DNA from: Escherichia phage vB_EcoM_PTE-Eco05
Reading direction: 5' to 3' (one strand)
Sequence record: PQ306573.1
DNA: 64,000 nucleotides
This document shows, one piece after another, positions 50,226 to 61,218 of this stretch (the first letter of the stretch is position 1; the number at the start of each line of letters is the position of its first letter). The notes under the pieces were generated by a model. The model was not told the DNA's origin. It worked only from the letters and a program-made list of their open reading frames with translations, and ran no database searches. Position numbers and translations under genes: made by a program.

Positions 50226-51334
50226 TAGAAAGTCCCCGCATAAAGTGAAGAACGGTTTAATGTAATAATTTCTCGCATTGTTATCTCTAACGTAAATGTT
50301 GACGGTAAGTTAGGAGCAACAGCGAGACCATTAAATTGTCCATTTGGAGTTTTATCAAAACGTACGCTTTGAATTTGACACGGGCCAAATACATCAGTTA
50401 ACCCGTCAAATTTAGATGTGTGTCCAAAGTTTTTAACCATCCAAATTGTAGGGTTGCTTACAACTAATACATTTGTTAATGACGCAGTAATCTTTTCAAA
50501 CAATGTCTTATTTTTTACTGCATCGTCTGGTGTCATAGGCTCAATAAACGTTGAACGGTACCATTCGTCTAAATAACTTTTAATCTCTTGGGCGTACTGC
50601 GATTTACCAGTCTCACCATATGAGAAATAGTTAAAATACTGGTAAATGTTTATAATAGCCATAAGGTCTTCAGTTGAACGTGGAGTTAAATCCCATGTAA
50701 AGACTTTAGTACGGTTCTCAGCACCGCCATACATACTACGAGAAGTCGTATAAATCTGTTCGTTATTATCAGCCATAAGCCCTTGAGTAATAGAATCTAA
50801 TGCACCAAAAACTGCAGTAGAAGCAATGTTACTTAAAACACCCGTAGCAGTACCTCCACCTTTAGTAATAAGGCTATCACCGATATCATTAAAACGATGT
50901 GAAGTTGTATCAACGTCAGATTTGGAACGTGGCAAAAGGATATTGGCAACAGGAGTTTTATTTATAGTAGATTTATTAGCTCCAGCAGGAAGCAATCCAT
51001 TTGAGAATTTAGTCACTGCATCTTTCACATTATCAGTTAAATCTGATATGATACCATTAGATGAAGTCCCGGCATACGCCGGACGTAAATTCCTGAGGGA
51101 TCCTGAATCGCGTGCAGACATATTGTACGCGGTAAATAATAATCCATTCTTATAAAGGTCTGTTACCTGGAAGTCTCCTGTGGAGTCATTTCCGGCTGCT
51201 CTTCCTGTAGGAAATTGAGCAACATAAGTTTTAGTAGTTGTTTCGGTTTTAGTGCTTTGCCCAGCACTTTCTGAGACTGGGATTGCTTTATTTAAATCCT
51301 TTGCATCTACTACTATTTCTTTTACACTAATCAT
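50225..51334 (-). CDS. 48: Baseplate tail tube cap gp48
   Basis: 369 aa; position between 29 and 54. Confidence 0.85.
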   Translation of the reverse strand: MISVKEIVVDAKDLNKAIPVSESAGQSTKTETTTKTYVAQFPTGRAAGNDSTGDFQVTDLYKNGLLFTAYNMSARDSGSLRNLRPAYAGTSSNGIISDLTDNVKDAVTKFSNGLLPAGANKSTINKTPVANILLPRSKSDVDTTSHRFNDIGDSLITKGGGTATGVLSNIASTAVFGALDSITQGLMADNNEQIYTTSRSMYGGAENRTKVFTWDLTPRSTEDLMAIINIYQYFNYFSYGETGKSQYAQEIKSYLDEWYRSTFIEPMTPDDAVKNKTLFEKITASLTNVLVVSNPTIWMVKNFGHTSKFDGLTDVFGPCQIQSVRFDKTPNGQFNGLAVAPNLPSTFTLEITMREIITLNRSSLYAGTF

Positions 51335-51342
51335 AATAATCC

Positions 51343-53115
51343 TTAATTAACACCGGTGGCATGGAAAATTCCAGGAGCCGTTGTACTTGTTACAGGGGTC
51401 ATATTCTGGACTACGGTATTCTTTTTGACGACATTATTTGTGTTACTAATCGCCGCTACCGGTTGCTGTTGTTTAGATTCAGAAGCACGTCCTTTCTCTA
51501 TTGACTGAACTTGTTTTGCTTCCGGAGATTTAGACGAAGATTCAGGCTTAACTGTTGTCTGAGCCTTTTTGGCTTCAGCCATTTTATTATTTAGCTTTTC
51601 AAATCTAGCATCTAGTTCCTTTTTAACAACAGGAGTTTTATTAAGTTCAGGGTCTTTAATAAGTTTACTTAAATCAGCATAAGACTTCTCGACGTTTTTA
51701 GCATTTTCCGGATTAGTCATATCGATTTTATCGATATAATCCTCAAATCTAACTAGTGCCGCACGAGTTTCATTAGCTTTTATATACGCCTCTTTACGCT
51801 CCTCTTCAGGTAACTCTTTTAATTTTGCTGATTCCGCAGCACGCTCATCGCTTGTACTAAACTCTTCTTTATTGTCATTACCACGAACCCAGTTAGTAAC
51901 GAATGTTTTGCCGCGTTGTAACATATCAAGACCTTTAGAAACGGTTCCTAATTCCCCATCGTCACGTTTCATTTGATATTTAGCGACTTTCTCTTGGTCT
52001 TCTTTCTTTAATTTGTTCCCAGTAGTTTCTTGGAATCCTTCTAAAGCACGTCCTTCTATTTCGTCCGCGGTATCGCCAAAACCTATAGCACGCAATATAG
52101 ACGCAGAGAGTTTAGCCATTCCTAATTGAATTAGTTCACCTAAGTTCATTAATGCTGTTCTTACACCTTTGACAATAGCAACGGTTAAACCACCCCAGTC
52201 TCCAGCTTCCCACAATTGTTTTATAGAGTCAATAGAAGTGAATATATCACTTAAGAATTTACCCCACTCTTTAGCTTCATCGGAGAATTTAGTAAAGTTT
52301 TCATCAAATAAATCCCAGGCAGAAGTGAACTTGTCTGTCCAATATTTGAAATGGACTATCAATAAATCAATACCGATAACAATACCAAGAATAAGTGCGG
52401 CCATTTTTGCTGCTTCAATAGCAGCCGTTATAGTGTATTTGAAAAGCATTCCAGCAATTCTGTCTGAAATTGATATTGATTTATTAAACCCGGTTTGAAC
52501 TGTTTTGGTGAGCATTGCAATTTTATCGCTCAATTTAAAGCTAATTCCGCCTTTAGAATCGGAAGTAGAATTAGCACTTTCTTGAACCGGTGTTGGGAAG
52601 AAATCTTCGTCTGGCTTATTATCAATCTTTTCAGGTGTAGGGAATGCTTTAAACAACTCATCAGAAGTTTCATTCTCAACCACTTTAACAGGTATTGCGT
52701 TCTCAATTACTTCAAGAGAGGTGCCTCCTGTATTTTGAATAGCGGTAGATGTTTGTAATTTTTGCTCTAATAATGTAGCTAATCGGTCTAACTTAGAGCT
52801 TATTGCACTAGAAACTTCGTTTATACTTTTAGTGACTTCAGTTTGTTTTTCAATAACTTCTGCGATAAGCTCTGTGCCTTCAGCAGTATTATCTGTCGAA
52901 TTCTTTAAGTCTCCAATTGATTCAATAATTCCATTGCCTTTATCTTCTACACTTTGTGATGTGAGTTCAGACGCGGCTTGGACATCGTCTAGTTTTGATG
53001 AAATGTTATTCAATGCTTCTAATGAATCGGTAGCTGCATCAGCAGCTACTTTTTGTGGTTTATTATCGGCAATGACCTTATTTCTACGCATGGATTTCAT
53101 TTCTTCAGGTTTCAT
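51343..53115 (-). CDS. 29: Baseplate hub / tail length determinator gp29
   Basis: 590 aa (T4 gp29 length), extended helical/low-complexity character. Confidence 0.85.
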   Translation of the reverse strand: MKPEEMKSMRRNKVIADNKPQKVAADAATDSLEALNNISSKLDDVQAASELTSQSVEDKGNGIIESIGDLKNSTDNTAEGTELIAEVIEKQTEVTKSINEVSSAISSKLDRLATLLEQKLQTSTAIQNTGGTSLEVIENAIPVKVVENETSDELFKAFPTPEKIDNKPDEDFFPTPVQESANSTSDSKGGISFKLSDKIAMLTKTVQTGFNKSISISDRIAGMLFKYTITAAIEAAKMAALILGIVIGIDLLIVHFKYWTDKFTSAWDLFDENFTKFSDEAKEWGKFLSDIFTSIDSIKQLWEAGDWGGLTVAIVKGVRTALMNLGELIQLGMAKLSASILRAIGFGDTADEIEGRALEGFQETTGNKLKKEDQEKVAKYQMKRDDGELGTVSKGLDMLQRGKTFVTNWVRGNDNKEEFSTSDERAAESAKLKELPEEERKEAYIKANETRAALVRFEDYIDKIDMTNPENAKNVEKSYADLSKLIKDPELNKTPVVKKELDARFEKLNNKMAEAKKAQTTVKPESSSKSPEAKQVQSIEKGRASESKQQQPVAAISNTNNVVKKNTVVQNMTPVTSTTAPGIFHATGVN

Positions 53116-53645
53116 TCAAGCAATCCAATAATTTCTGCTATACCCTTAATAGGACCATTAGGGCCGGGAATAGCAATAGTTGTCGAAAGGTCTTCTGCCC
53201 ATTTGATTACAAAAGCAGGCATCTCAAGGAAAGAAATTTCTTTCTCTTCGTCATTAACTTTTATTAAGCAATTTGATAGCATTTCACTGATTGTAGCGAA
53301 TTGTTCAAATTTGCCTGGGGGTCTAAAATAAAAAGTATTACCTTGAAATTGGAATTCTGTTCGTTGGCATACATAGACGTCATCTAGTCTATAAGTGAAT
53401 CCATCTTTTTCAACTTCAGACTTAAGTTTGTTATTAAATTCCAATATGTGTAGACATGCAAAATCAAAATCTGCGGGACTCATATTTTTACAAATAGAAT
53501 CGGCTAAGATTTTCATGTTTTCGTCAGGACCTTTAACGTCCTTTAAAAGATTATAATGTTTGAGTCCAAATTTGGGAATCATTACTTTTTTATTAGACTG
53601 TGGTAGAATTATTTTCTTTAGAGGTAGAATCAGATTTAAGTTCAT
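53112..53645 (-). CDS. 28: Baseplate hub distal subunit gp28
   Basis: 177 aa (T4 gp28 length). Confidence 0.8.
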   Translation of the reverse strand: MNLNLILPLKKIILPQSNKKVMIPKFGLKHYNLLKDVKGPDENMKILADSICKNMSPADFDFACLHILEFNNKLKSEVEKDGFTYRLDDVYVCQRTEFQFQGNTFYFRPPGKFEQFATISEMLSNCLIKVNDEEKEISFLEMPAFVIKWAEDLSTTIAIPGPNGPIKGIAEIIGLLE

Positions 53646-54765
53646 TTTTAACCTTAACTGGGTTAACAGGTTCTAACACCATTGAGTTGGTAAACATGTA
53701 CAGATGAGTTTGTGAGTTGTTATTTGATAACTCATGAATAACTTCATCTACGTAAAATTCGGATTTGAATTGGTTCTTTTGGTCGACAAATATAATTTTA
53801 GTAGCAGGCGTTATGTTAAAATTACCTGTAGTAGTGCATTTAGCATATCCATCATATTGAGCCATTGTCTGAAGACGACTTGCTTCTTCAAATCCATTAC
53901 GATAGGTCATTTCAGAATATCCACCGGATCTTGACACAAGAATAGCATTATCACCATCGCCTGTAACAATAACCGGAATAGATGTATCTAAAAATGAATG
54001 AGCGAATATCGTGGCGTTTTTAATAGGGTCTCGTGTAAATTGGTTAGCTTTAGTCATCCAGGTGAAATCCCATACTAATGGATACTCAAGCTCTTGAATA
54101 TACTGACCTACGGTATTTGGCTCGCCTACAACCATCTTAATGCCTTCCTGACCAATAAGAGTATCGTAGTCAATCATGTTTACGCCTAAAATATCTTGCC
54201 ATACGAATACGAACTTATCACTCGCTGTAGCAAGTCCTAATTCTCTGACATATGCCAAATAATCATCAAATGTGCTTGTCCAAGGAATATCAGGAACATA
54301 AGCATTAATAGTGTTTATTGGCGGAGTAATTAACGTACGGTCTTTATATATGACACCTAACATTTCACGTATAGATTCTCCTGCGTCTGGGAAGAATGGT
54401 CGCCCAAATTTAAGGTTCTCTATAGAATGTATTGTTCCAAGCTCAATTGCAATAATATTGTCGCCTTTTGAGTCCACAGACACAGAATAATGTCTACATC
54501 CGTAAATTCGAGTTCTAACTTGGAGAGGTGTGTTTGAATTTGAAACAGAGATTTGGACTATCTGTCTACCATCCATTTTAGTGTGGATGTTTTTAGTGTC
54601 ATAAAATTGAAGAATCCCTTCATTTCTTCCATATAACGAATCTCGCATGGTTAAAGTTGTTATTGTTGCCGCGAGTTCAACGTATCTATTTTCTTGCCAA
54701 GCCGAATAATCTTGATATAATTTAACGCTTAAGTTAGGATATCCTGGACGTTGGAATACTGTCAT
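53593..54765 (-). CDS. 27: Baseplate hub subunit gp27
   Basis: 390 aa; position and length. Confidence 0.85.
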   Translation of the reverse strand: MTVFQRPGYPNLSVKLYQDYSAWQENRYVELAATITTLTMRDSLYGRNEGILQFYDTKNIHTKMDGRQIVQISVSNSNTPLQVRTRIYGCRHYSVSVDSKGDNIIAIELGTIHSIENLKFGRPFFPDAGESIREMLGVIYKDRTLITPPINTINAYVPDIPWTSTFDDYLAYVRELGLATASDKFVFVWQDILGVNMIDYDTLIGQEGIKMVVGEPNTVGQYIQELEYPLVWDFTWMTKANQFTRDPIKNATIFAHSFLDTSIPVIVTGDGDNAILVSRSGGYSEMTYRNGFEEASRLQTMAQYDGYAKCTTTGNFNITPATKIIFVDQKNQFKSEFYVDEVIHELSNNNSQTHLYMFTNSMVLEPVNPVKVKNELKSDSTSKENNSTTV

Positions 54766-55514
54766 TTTTTATGGTCCTTTTCTACTAATGTTAAAGCAAT
54801 ACCACGTTCAACAGGAATCATTTGCATAATAGAATCCAATGTGTATTGACTCTTTACTAGTGAATGGTTTATCTGATAGAATGTAAAAATCTCATCAGGG
54901 TTAACTAACAATTTAAAAACCTCTAAGATATCAGTATATGTTTTAACATGACGTTCACAACAACCTAATCTAAGGGTCAAATTAATAGGATTCATAGAAG
55001 CAATAACCTTCTCGAGCGAGTCAATGTCTATTGCTTCTATTACTTGGATTTGGTTCTCTTCAGTCAAATCATTCCATGGGTACCATTCATCATTATAATA
55101 TATTTCTTTTATGTTTTCACTTATCATTAATGCCTTGTTGTCATAAAACTTTTCAGGGAAAGAAAAACGTATTTTTATACCAGCAACATCAAGTTCAGGT
55201 TCGACTAGTTCTTTTTGATATATCTCAAATGGTGCAGTTTTTTCTTTAGAGCATTTAGGGCAAGTGAAAATAACGGGAACTTTTGTTTTGCCTATAGAGC
55301 CTGCAAAAACTTGCAGGAATATAAATGGTTGCCATGTTTTAGGGTATTCGTTAAAATAATCATCAATCAGATCGGCAATTATTTCTTTTTGTTCTTGTGG
55401 CGAACGATGTTCGATATCATTTCTAACTAGTAAAAAGTCTCTATAATCCGCTACGGTGAACGGCTTGAAACGATGAACACCATCCGGTAATTTACAACGA
55501 ATTATATTAGCCAT
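54762..55514 (-). CDS. 51: Baseplate hub assembly catalyst gp51
   Basis: 250 aa; divergent from gene 26. Confidence 0.8.
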   Translation of the reverse strand: MANIIRCKLPDGVHRFKPFTVADYRDFLLVRNDIEHRSPQEQKEIIADLIDDYFNEYPKTWQPFIFLQVFAGSIGKTKVPVIFTCPKCSKEKTAPFEIYQKELVEPELDVAGIKIRFSFPEKFYDNKALMISENIKEIYYNDEWYPWNDLTEENQIQVIEAIDIDSLEKVIASMNPINLTLRLGCCERHVKTYTDILEVFKLLVNPDEIFTFYQINHSLVKSQYTLDSIMQMIPVERGIALTLVEKDHKK

Positions 55515-55531
55515 AATTACTCCTTTTCTAT

Positions 55532-55543
55532 TATTTATAAATA
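55532..55543. promoter_or_regulatory. Palindromic divergent late promoter shared by genes 51 (-) and 26 (+)
   Basis: TATTTATAAATA is a perfect palindrome containing TATAAATA on both strands. Confidence 0.65.
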
Positions 55544-55561
55544 CACAATAAAGGAGTTAAC

Positions 55562-56188
55562 ATGTACAAATATACGTTTACCGTACGTTTAGGCGATAAA
55601 GAAGTGAATTGTAGAGCCTTTACTTTAAAAGAATATTTAGGACTCATAGGTGCGCGGGCTACCGGTACTATTGAATCAGCAGTGAACAATATTATCACTA
55701 ATTGCTCTAACGCTAAAAACTTGACTAAACAAGAAGCCGAGTTATTGTTGGTAAATCTGTGGGCACATTCATTAGGTGAAGTGAATCAAGAACACACCTG
55801 GAATTGTTCCTGTGGGCATTCATTTCAAGTCTATATGAATTTATTGCACACTCAATTAGATGAACAGGCCGATCCCTGGTATTCGTTTAGTGGTATTAAA
55901 ATTAAGTTCCGTCAACCTAAATTATTTGACGATAAAAATATCGCATTAATGATTGCTTCATGTATTGAGGCCGTTTTTGTCAATGGAGAGTCCATCCCTG
56001 TTGAAGATTTAACTGAAGCAGAAATAAACGACCTTTATGGCCTTATAACGGAAGATGACATGATCAATATTAAAAATCTTTTAGTATCACCATCAATTTA
56101 TCTAGCAACCCCTATTAAATGTCCCAAATGTGGGGCGTCACACGTTCACACAATACGAGGCCTCAAAGAATTCTTTGAGTTACTATAA
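55562..56188 (+). CDS. 26: Baseplate hub subunit gp26
   Basis: 208 aa (T4 gp26 length); AAGGAG RBS. Confidence 0.8.
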   Translation: MYKYTFTVRLGDKEVNCRAFTLKEYLGLIGARATGTIESAVNNIITNCSNAKNLTKQEAELLLVNLWAHSLGEVNQEHTWNCSCGHSFQVYMNLLHTQLDEQADPWYSFSGIKIKFRQPKLFDDKNIALMIASCIEAVFVNGESIPVEDLTEAEINDLYGLITEDDMINIKNLLVSPSIYLATPIKCPKCGASHVHTIRGLKEFFELL

Positions 56189-56586
56189 TGTCTAATATCA
56201 ATAAACTTTATTCAGATATCGACCCAGAAATGCGTATGGATTGGAACAAGGACGTTGCTCGTTCTGTAGGACTTCGTTCTATTAAAAATAGTCTTCTTGG
56301 CATAGTGACAACTAGAAAAGGCTCACGCCCCTTCGACCCTGAATTTGGATGCGATTTGGTTGATGAACTTTTCGAGAATATGACACCACTTACAGCCGAT
56401 ACGATTGAGCGTAATATCCAGGCAGCTGTTCGTAACTACGAGCCACGCATCGACAAACTTTCTGTAAGTGTAACGCCAGTATATGATGACTATACGGTTA
56501 TAGTAGAGATTAGATTTTCGGTCGTAGACAACCCTGACGATATTGAACAAATTAAACTTCAGTTAGCGTCAAGCAATAGAGTGTAA
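56188..56586 (+). CDS. 25: Baseplate wedge protein gp25
   Basis: 132 aa; MSNINKLYSDIDPEM start as in T4 gp25. Confidence 0.88.
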   Translation: MSNINKLYSDIDPEMRMDWNKDVARSVGLRSIKNSLLGIVTTRKGSRPFDPEFGCDLVDELFENMTPLTADTIERNIQAAVRNYEPRIDKLSVSVTPVYDDYTVIVEIRFSVVDNPDDIEQIKLQLASSNRV

Positions 56587-56666
56587 TGCTTCAAGGCAAC
56601 CTATGTATAATGGTTTTAGGTCCTTCCGATACAGCCGGGAGATTATTAGTTAAAAGAGAGAATATT

Positions 56667-57080
56667 ATGAAGCTGGAAGATTTACAGGAAGAGTTAGACG
56701 CAGACTTAGCTATTGATACGACAAAGTTGCAATATGAGACGGCGAATAATGTTAAGTTATACAGCAAATGGCTACGTAAGCACTCATTTATTCGTAAAGA
56801 AATGTTGCGTATAGAGACTCAGAAGAAAACTGCTCTAAAAGCAAGATTAGACTACTACTCGGGACGAGGTGACGGTGATGAATTCAGTATGGACCGATAC
56901 GAGAAATCTGAAATGAAAACTGTCCTGGCTGCAGATAAAGATGTGCTTAAAATAGAGACTACTTTACAATACTGGGGAATTTTACTTGAGTTCTGTAGTG
57001 GTGCACTTGACGCAGTTAAATCTCGTAGTTTTGCACTTAAACATATCCAGGATATGCGAGAATTTGAAGCGGGGCAATAA
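56667..57080 (+). CDS. uvsY: Recombination mediator UvsY
   Basis: 137 aa from ATG 56667; strong match to T4 UvsY (LEDLQEEL, KLQYE, ANNV, LRIE, KARLDYYSGRGDGDEFSMDRYEKSEMKTVL). Confidence 0.88.
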   Translation: MKLEDLQEELDADLAIDTTKLQYETANNVKLYSKWLRKHSFIRKEMLRIETQKKTALKARLDYYSGRGDGDEFSMDRYEKSEMKTVLAADKDVLKIETTLQYWGILLEFCSGALDAVKSRSFALKHIQDMREFEAGQ

Positions 57081-57304
57081 TGCGTTATTCAATTGAAGAT
57101 GCCTTTAATAATGATGAAGAATTTGAAACTGAAATTAAATTCTTAATGGAAAAGTATCGTCTACGTCGTCAGGATATTCGTATCCTGGCAGACCACCCTT
57201 GTGGCGAAGACGTCCTTTATATTAAAGGAAAATTTGCCGGATATCTTGATGAATATTTTTATTCTAAAGATATGGGCATTGATATGCATATGAGAGTTGT
57301 ATAA
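57080..57304 (+). CDS. Hypothetical protein (uvsY.-1 position)
   Basis: 74-aa ORF coupled to uvsY (TAATG). Confidence 0.45.
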   Translation: MRYSIEDAFNNDEEFETEIKFLMEKYRLRRQDIRILADHPCGEDVLYIKGKFAGYLDEYFYSKDMGIDMHMRVV

Positions 57305-57307
57305 ATA
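57300..57307 (+). promoter_or_regulatory. Late promoter (TATAAATA)
   Basis: Exact TATAAATA 30 nt upstream of the ATG at 57337. Confidence 0.5.
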
Positions 57308-57336
57308 GATATGTAATTTCAACTTAGGAGGCAATC

Positions 57337-57504
57337 ATGTCAGATAAGATTTGTGTTGTCTGTAAAACTCCAATCGATTCTGCATTGGTTGTTGAAACAG
57401 ACAAAGGTCCAGCACATCCTGGTCCTTGTTATAATTATGTCCAACAATTGCCGGTTTCAGAAAGTTCAGAAGAGCAATTGAACGAAACCCAACTTTTACT
57501 ATAG
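57337..57504 (+). CDS. Hypothetical small Cys-containing protein (55 aa)
   Basis: Not in ORF track; ATG 57337 with TAGGAGG RBS; CVVC...PGPC. Confidence 0.45.
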   Translation: MSDKICVVCKTPIDSALVVETDKGPAHPGPCYNYVQQLPVSESSEEQLNETQLLL

Positions 57505-57530
57505 TGTTACCTTTTTTGCCTATGGTTTTT

Positions 57531-57560
57531 GGCCCTTCCAAAAAGGTCGGGCCTTTTTTT
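57531..57560 (+). terminator. Rho-independent terminator
   Basis: GGCCC...GGGCC stem followed by TTTTTTT. Confidence 0.55.
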
Positions 57561-57562
57561 AA

Positions 57563-57793
57563 TTAGAAGTCTTCTTCCGCATCCTCATCATCGCCTTCAA
57601 GTTCGGCACGCTTACCTGCTAAGGCATCCCTGACAGAAATATCATCTGTATCTTTTAATTCCGTTTCTTTTATACGTTTCTTATAATAAGCTTCCAATTC
57701 TTCAAGCCCTTCTAGGGTATGACAACTAGCAATTTTACTCATGAATTCGTCAATAGATGCTTCGTATAAAAATTGTTTAAATTCAAGTACCAT
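57563..57793 (-). CDS. uvsW.1: UvsW.1 small acidic protein
   Basis: 76 aa; MVLEFKQFLYEASIDEFM start as in T4 UvsW.1. Confidence 0.75.
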   Translation of the reverse strand: MVLEFKQFLYEASIDEFMSKIASCHTLEGLEELEAYYKKRIKETELKDTDDISVRDALAGKRAELEGDDEDAEEDF

Positions 57794-57805
57794 TTTTATC
57801 TCCTA

Positions 57806-57819
57806 AGGGCCGAAGCCCT
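57806..57819 (-). other. Intercistronic UUCG-tetraloop hairpin between uvsW stop and uvsW.1 RBS
   Basis: - strand AGGGC-TTCG-GCCCT. Confidence 0.45.
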
Positions 57820-59333
57820 TATAAATTAATTGTTTTCATTACATAGTTAAATTTCTCATCAGCGTATCGTTGGATACGATCAATACCGTGTTTTAACAAG
57901 TAATTAAGATGAGTATACTTCTTTTTAGTATTTAATGATTTAGGTTTTACACCTGCATCGTCGATGAGATCCCAAACTGTAGCAACAGATTTAGAACCAT
58001 GCTTACGAAGCACGCGACCTACGGTTTGAAGTACGATAATTTTTGATTTAACACCATGGGCAAAAATAACATGATGAAGATTCTTGACTGAAATACCAGT
58101 AGAGAATACTCCATATGATGCAACAATAATAATGCCTTTACCATTTTCTGCCATGACTTTAAGCGCGTTACGTGTTTCAGTATCAACTTCACCTGATACG
58201 TAATAAACTTTTTCGTATCCAAGCTCTTTAATAGCTTCAAATATTTCTTTACCGTGTGTAACGTGTTTAAACATTACAAAGGCGTTCTCGTCTTTCTTAG
58301 CCAATTTGACCGAAAGTTGAGCAATCCACTTTGTACGTCGTTTTAGTCCGGTAATAATTTTAACTTCTTCTTGGTATGTTTTACCTTTTAATTTAATGGT
58401 GAATTCGTCCGGATAACGAAGGAAAATACTATTAATCTTAAGCTCAGTTACCTGTCCGTCTTCCATTAATTTAGACGTGCTAACAGGACGGAAGATTTCG
58501 CCGAACATACCTACGTACTGCATTACATTGGCTTTTCCGTCTCTTAATGAGCCAGATAAACCGAATTTAAACATGCAATTATTTAATCCCGAGATGATTG
58601 AAGAAATACTTTTGCCTGTTGCTAAGTGGCATTCATCGTTCATCATCATACCGAACTGAGAGAACCATTCTTTAGGCTGCTTAACTACTGTTTGCCATGT
58701 GCCAACAATAATTGGAGCGTCGTTTTTAGATTTGTCTGCTTTATCAGCACCACCGCCAATTTTCTTAATCATCGAATGACTAAACAAGCGATAATCAACA
58801 AAATCATTAGCCATCTGGGTTGTCAATGCTGTTGTAGGGACGATAATGAGAATTTTACCTTCATAATTCTCTAGATAATATCGAGCTAAAAGTGCTTGGA
58901 TTAGTGATTTACCTGCTGATGTCGGAAGGTTTAAAATTCGACGACGATTAACCAGACCTTCATATACTGCATCTTTTTGATACCAATGTGGTTCGATTTT
59001 GGCGTTGCCTGAATAAATTTCTTGTTTAGAAAGCCACGCGTCAAAATCTTCCCTGGTAAGGTCTTCGGTCTCAAAGATTTTAGGGTCAATCCATACAGAA
59101 TAACTCATATTGCTACAGAACTTTTTTATTTGTCCTACAAGTCCATATGGTAACAAACGGTTGTAATCTAAAAGTCGAATTCTACCATCCCAGTTCCCAT
59201 AGCGATATTTTGGGTTAAATTTATACCCGTCAGCTTCAAAGCTAAAAAAGTCACGAAGTTCGTAAAACGTACTTTCGTCGCATTCAATGCGCACGTGACT
59301 AAAATCATAAAAATGTACTTTAATGTCAGTCAT
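57819..59333 (-). CDS. uvsW: UvsW SF2 DNA helicase
   Basis: 504 aa; Walker A PTSAGKS, DECH box, motif VI QTVGRVLR. Confidence 0.9.
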   Translation of the reverse strand: MTDIKVHFYDFSHVRIECDESTFYELRDFFSFEADGYKFNPKYRYGNWDGRIRLLDYNRLLPYGLVGQIKKFCSNMSYSVWIDPKIFETEDLTREDFDAWLSKQEIYSGNAKIEPHWYQKDAVYEGLVNRRRILNLPTSAGKSLIQALLARYYLENYEGKILIIVPTTALTTQMANDFVDYRLFSHSMIKKIGGGADKADKSKNDAPIIVGTWQTVVKQPKEWFSQFGMMMNDECHLATGKSISSIISGLNNCMFKFGLSGSLRDGKANVMQYVGMFGEIFRPVSTSKLMEDGQVTELKINSIFLRYPDEFTIKLKGKTYQEEVKIITGLKRRTKWIAQLSVKLAKKDENAFVMFKHVTHGKEIFEAIKELGYEKVYYVSGEVDTETRNALKVMAENGKGIIIVASYGVFSTGISVKNLHHVIFAHGVKSKIIVLQTVGRVLRKHGSKSVATVWDLIDDAGVKPKSLNTKKKYTHLNYLLKHGIDRIQRYADEKFNYVMKTINL

Positions 59334-59362
59334 GTCAAATTACCATGTAATAAATATAGTTA

Positions 59363-59370
59363 TATTTATA
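59363..59370 (-). promoter_or_regulatory. Late promoter (TATAAATA) for uvsW
   Basis: TATAAATA on - strand 30 nt upstream of uvsW ATG. Confidence 0.55.
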
Positions 59371-59383
59371 ATGAGGAAATACC

Positions 59384-60052
59384 ATGATCGATAAAGACTA
59401 TATTGAAGAGTTACGTGCTCTTTCTGATAAAAAGGAAGCCAAAGCTAAACTGTTCGAATATGCGAAACAATTTGGCATTAGCGTTAAGAAAACAAAATCA
59501 TTCGATAATATTGTTATTGATATCGAAGAAGCTCTTAACGCACTGGCTGATGAACCATTACCTGAAACCGATGGATTATCTATCACTGATTTAATTACTG
59601 CCGCAGATGATGTGGACGGTGTTAATTTCACCAACGAAGAAGTTAAAGAAGAAGCTATTCTGTTGTTTGATTCTCCAACAGAACAAGTTGAAGTATTAGA
59701 AGTTGTCGAACAAGAAAAAGAATTCGACCATGATAAATTCGAAGACGCAATTACTCAGGTTGTTGAATCTGAAAAAGAGCCTGAGACAGAGGTAAATAAA
59801 GAAGTAAAATTTGTTCTGCCTGAAAATTTTAGTCCTACACTCATTAAATTAGGCAAAGGCCCAGGATATGTTACTGTTCCTTGGTGGATTTATCAATGGA
59901 TAGCCGAAACCCCAGATTGGAAATCTCGTCCAACCAGTTTTGTGCACGCTTCTGCTCACCAAACATTATTTAGCTTAATTTATTATATTAATCGCGATGG
60001 ATCAGTTCTAATTCGTGAAACTCGTAATTCTTCTTTCGTAACATTAAAATAA
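59384..60052 (+). CDS. Acidic protein at the inh position (possible prohead-protease inhibitor)
   Basis: 222-aa ORF between uvsW and hoc; synteny only. Confidence 0.4.
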   Translation: MIDKDYIEELRALSDKKEAKAKLFEYAKQFGISVKKTKSFDNIVIDIEEALNALADEPLPETDGLSITDLITAADDVDGVNFTNEEVKEEAILLFDSPTEQVEVLEVVEQEKEFDHDKFEDAITQVVESEKEPETEVNKEVKFVLPENFSPTLIKLGKGPGYVTVPWWIYQWIAETPDWKSRPTSFVHASAHQTLFSLIYYINRDGSVLIRETRNSSFVTLK

Positions 60053-60061
60053 GGATAACTT

Positions 60062-61192
60062 ATGGCTTTTACAGTTGATATAACTCCTAAAACACCTACT
60101 GGAGTTATAGATGAGACTAAGCAGTTTACTGCTACTCCCGGTGGTGAAACTGGAGGTGGAACTATTACCTATGCATGGAGTGTAGACGATGCTCCTCAAG
60201 TAGGATCGGCCGAAACTTTTGATTACGTGTTAAAAGGACCTGCTGGAACAAAAACAATTAAAGTTGTTGCAACAAATACTATTCCTGATACTGATGCTGA
60301 AACAGCAGAAATTACTACGACTATCACGGTTAAAAATAAAACTCAGTCAACTACGTTGGCAGTAACTCCAAATAGTCCTTCAGCTGGAGTAATTGGAACC
60401 CCAGTTCAATTTACTGCTGCCTTAGCTTCTCAACCGGCTGGAGCGTCTGCTACGTATCAGTGGTATGTAGATGATTCACAGGTTGGTGGAGAAACTAACT
60501 CTACATTTAGCTATACTCCAACTACAAGTGGAGTAAAAAGAATTAAATGTGTAGCCCAAGTAACTGCGACAGATTATGATGCAAAGGAAGTTATTTCGAA
60601 TGAAGTATCATTAACGGTTAATAAGAAGTCAATGAATCCACAGGTTACATTGACTCCTCCTTCTATTAACGTTCAGCAAGATGCTTCGGCTACATTTACG
60701 GCTAATGTTACGGATGCTCCAGAAGAAGCGCAAATTGCGTATTCATGGAAGAAAGATTCTTCTCCTGTAGAAGGGTCAACTAATGTATATACCGTTGATA
60801 CCTCGTCTATTGGAAGTCAAACTATTGAAGTTACTGCAACTATTATTGCAACTGATTACGATAGCAAAACTATTACAGCAGAAGGTCAAGTTCAGGTAAC
60901 TGATAAAGTTGCTCCGGAACCAGAAGGTGAACTACCTTATGTTCATCCTCTTCCACATCGTACTTCAGCTTACATCTGGTGCGGTTGGTGGGTTATGGAT
61001 GAAATCCAAAAAATGACTGAAGAAGGTAAAGATTGGAAAACTGAAGATCCAGATAGTAAATACTACCTACATCGTTACACTCTTCAGAAGATGATGAAAG
61101 ACTATCCAGAAGTTGATGTTCAAGAATCACGTAATGGATACATCATCCATAAAACTGCTTTGGAAACTGGTATCATCTATACATATCCATAA
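60062..61192 (+). CDS. hoc: Highly immunogenic outer capsid protein Hoc (Ig-like repeats)
   Basis: 376 aa (T4 Hoc length); repeated ~90-aa Thr/Val-rich Ig-like modules; conserved C-terminal capsid-binding region. Confidence 0.8.
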   Translation: MAFTVDITPKTPTGVIDETKQFTATPGGETGGGTITYAWSVDDAPQVGSAETFDYVLKGPAGTKTIKVVATNTIPDTDAETAEITTTITVKNKTQSTTLAVTPNSPSAGVIGTPVQFTAALASQPAGASATYQWYVDDSQVGGETNSTFSYTPTTSGVKRIKCVAQVTATDYDAKEVISNEVSLTVNKKSMNPQVTLTPPSINVQQDASATFTANVTDAPEEAQIAYSWKKDSSPVEGSTNVYTVDTSSIGSQTIEVTATIIATDYDSKTITAEGQVQVTDKVAPEPEGELPYVHPLPHRTSAYIWCGWWVMDEIQKMTEEGKDWKTEDPDSKYYLHRYTLQKMMKDYPEVDVQESRNGYIIHKTALETGIIYTYP

Positions 61193-61198
61193 TCGTAA

Positions 61199-61218
61199 GG
61201 GGCTTCGGCCCCTTTCTT
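61199..61218 (+). terminator. Rho-independent terminator, UUCG hairpin
   Basis: GGGGC-TTCG-GCCCC + T-rich tract. Confidence 0.6.

Noticed and set aside
57335-57541. 68-aa minus-strand ORF
   Set aside because: Antisense to a plus-strand ORF with a strong TAGGAGG RBS and overlaps the terminator hairpin.
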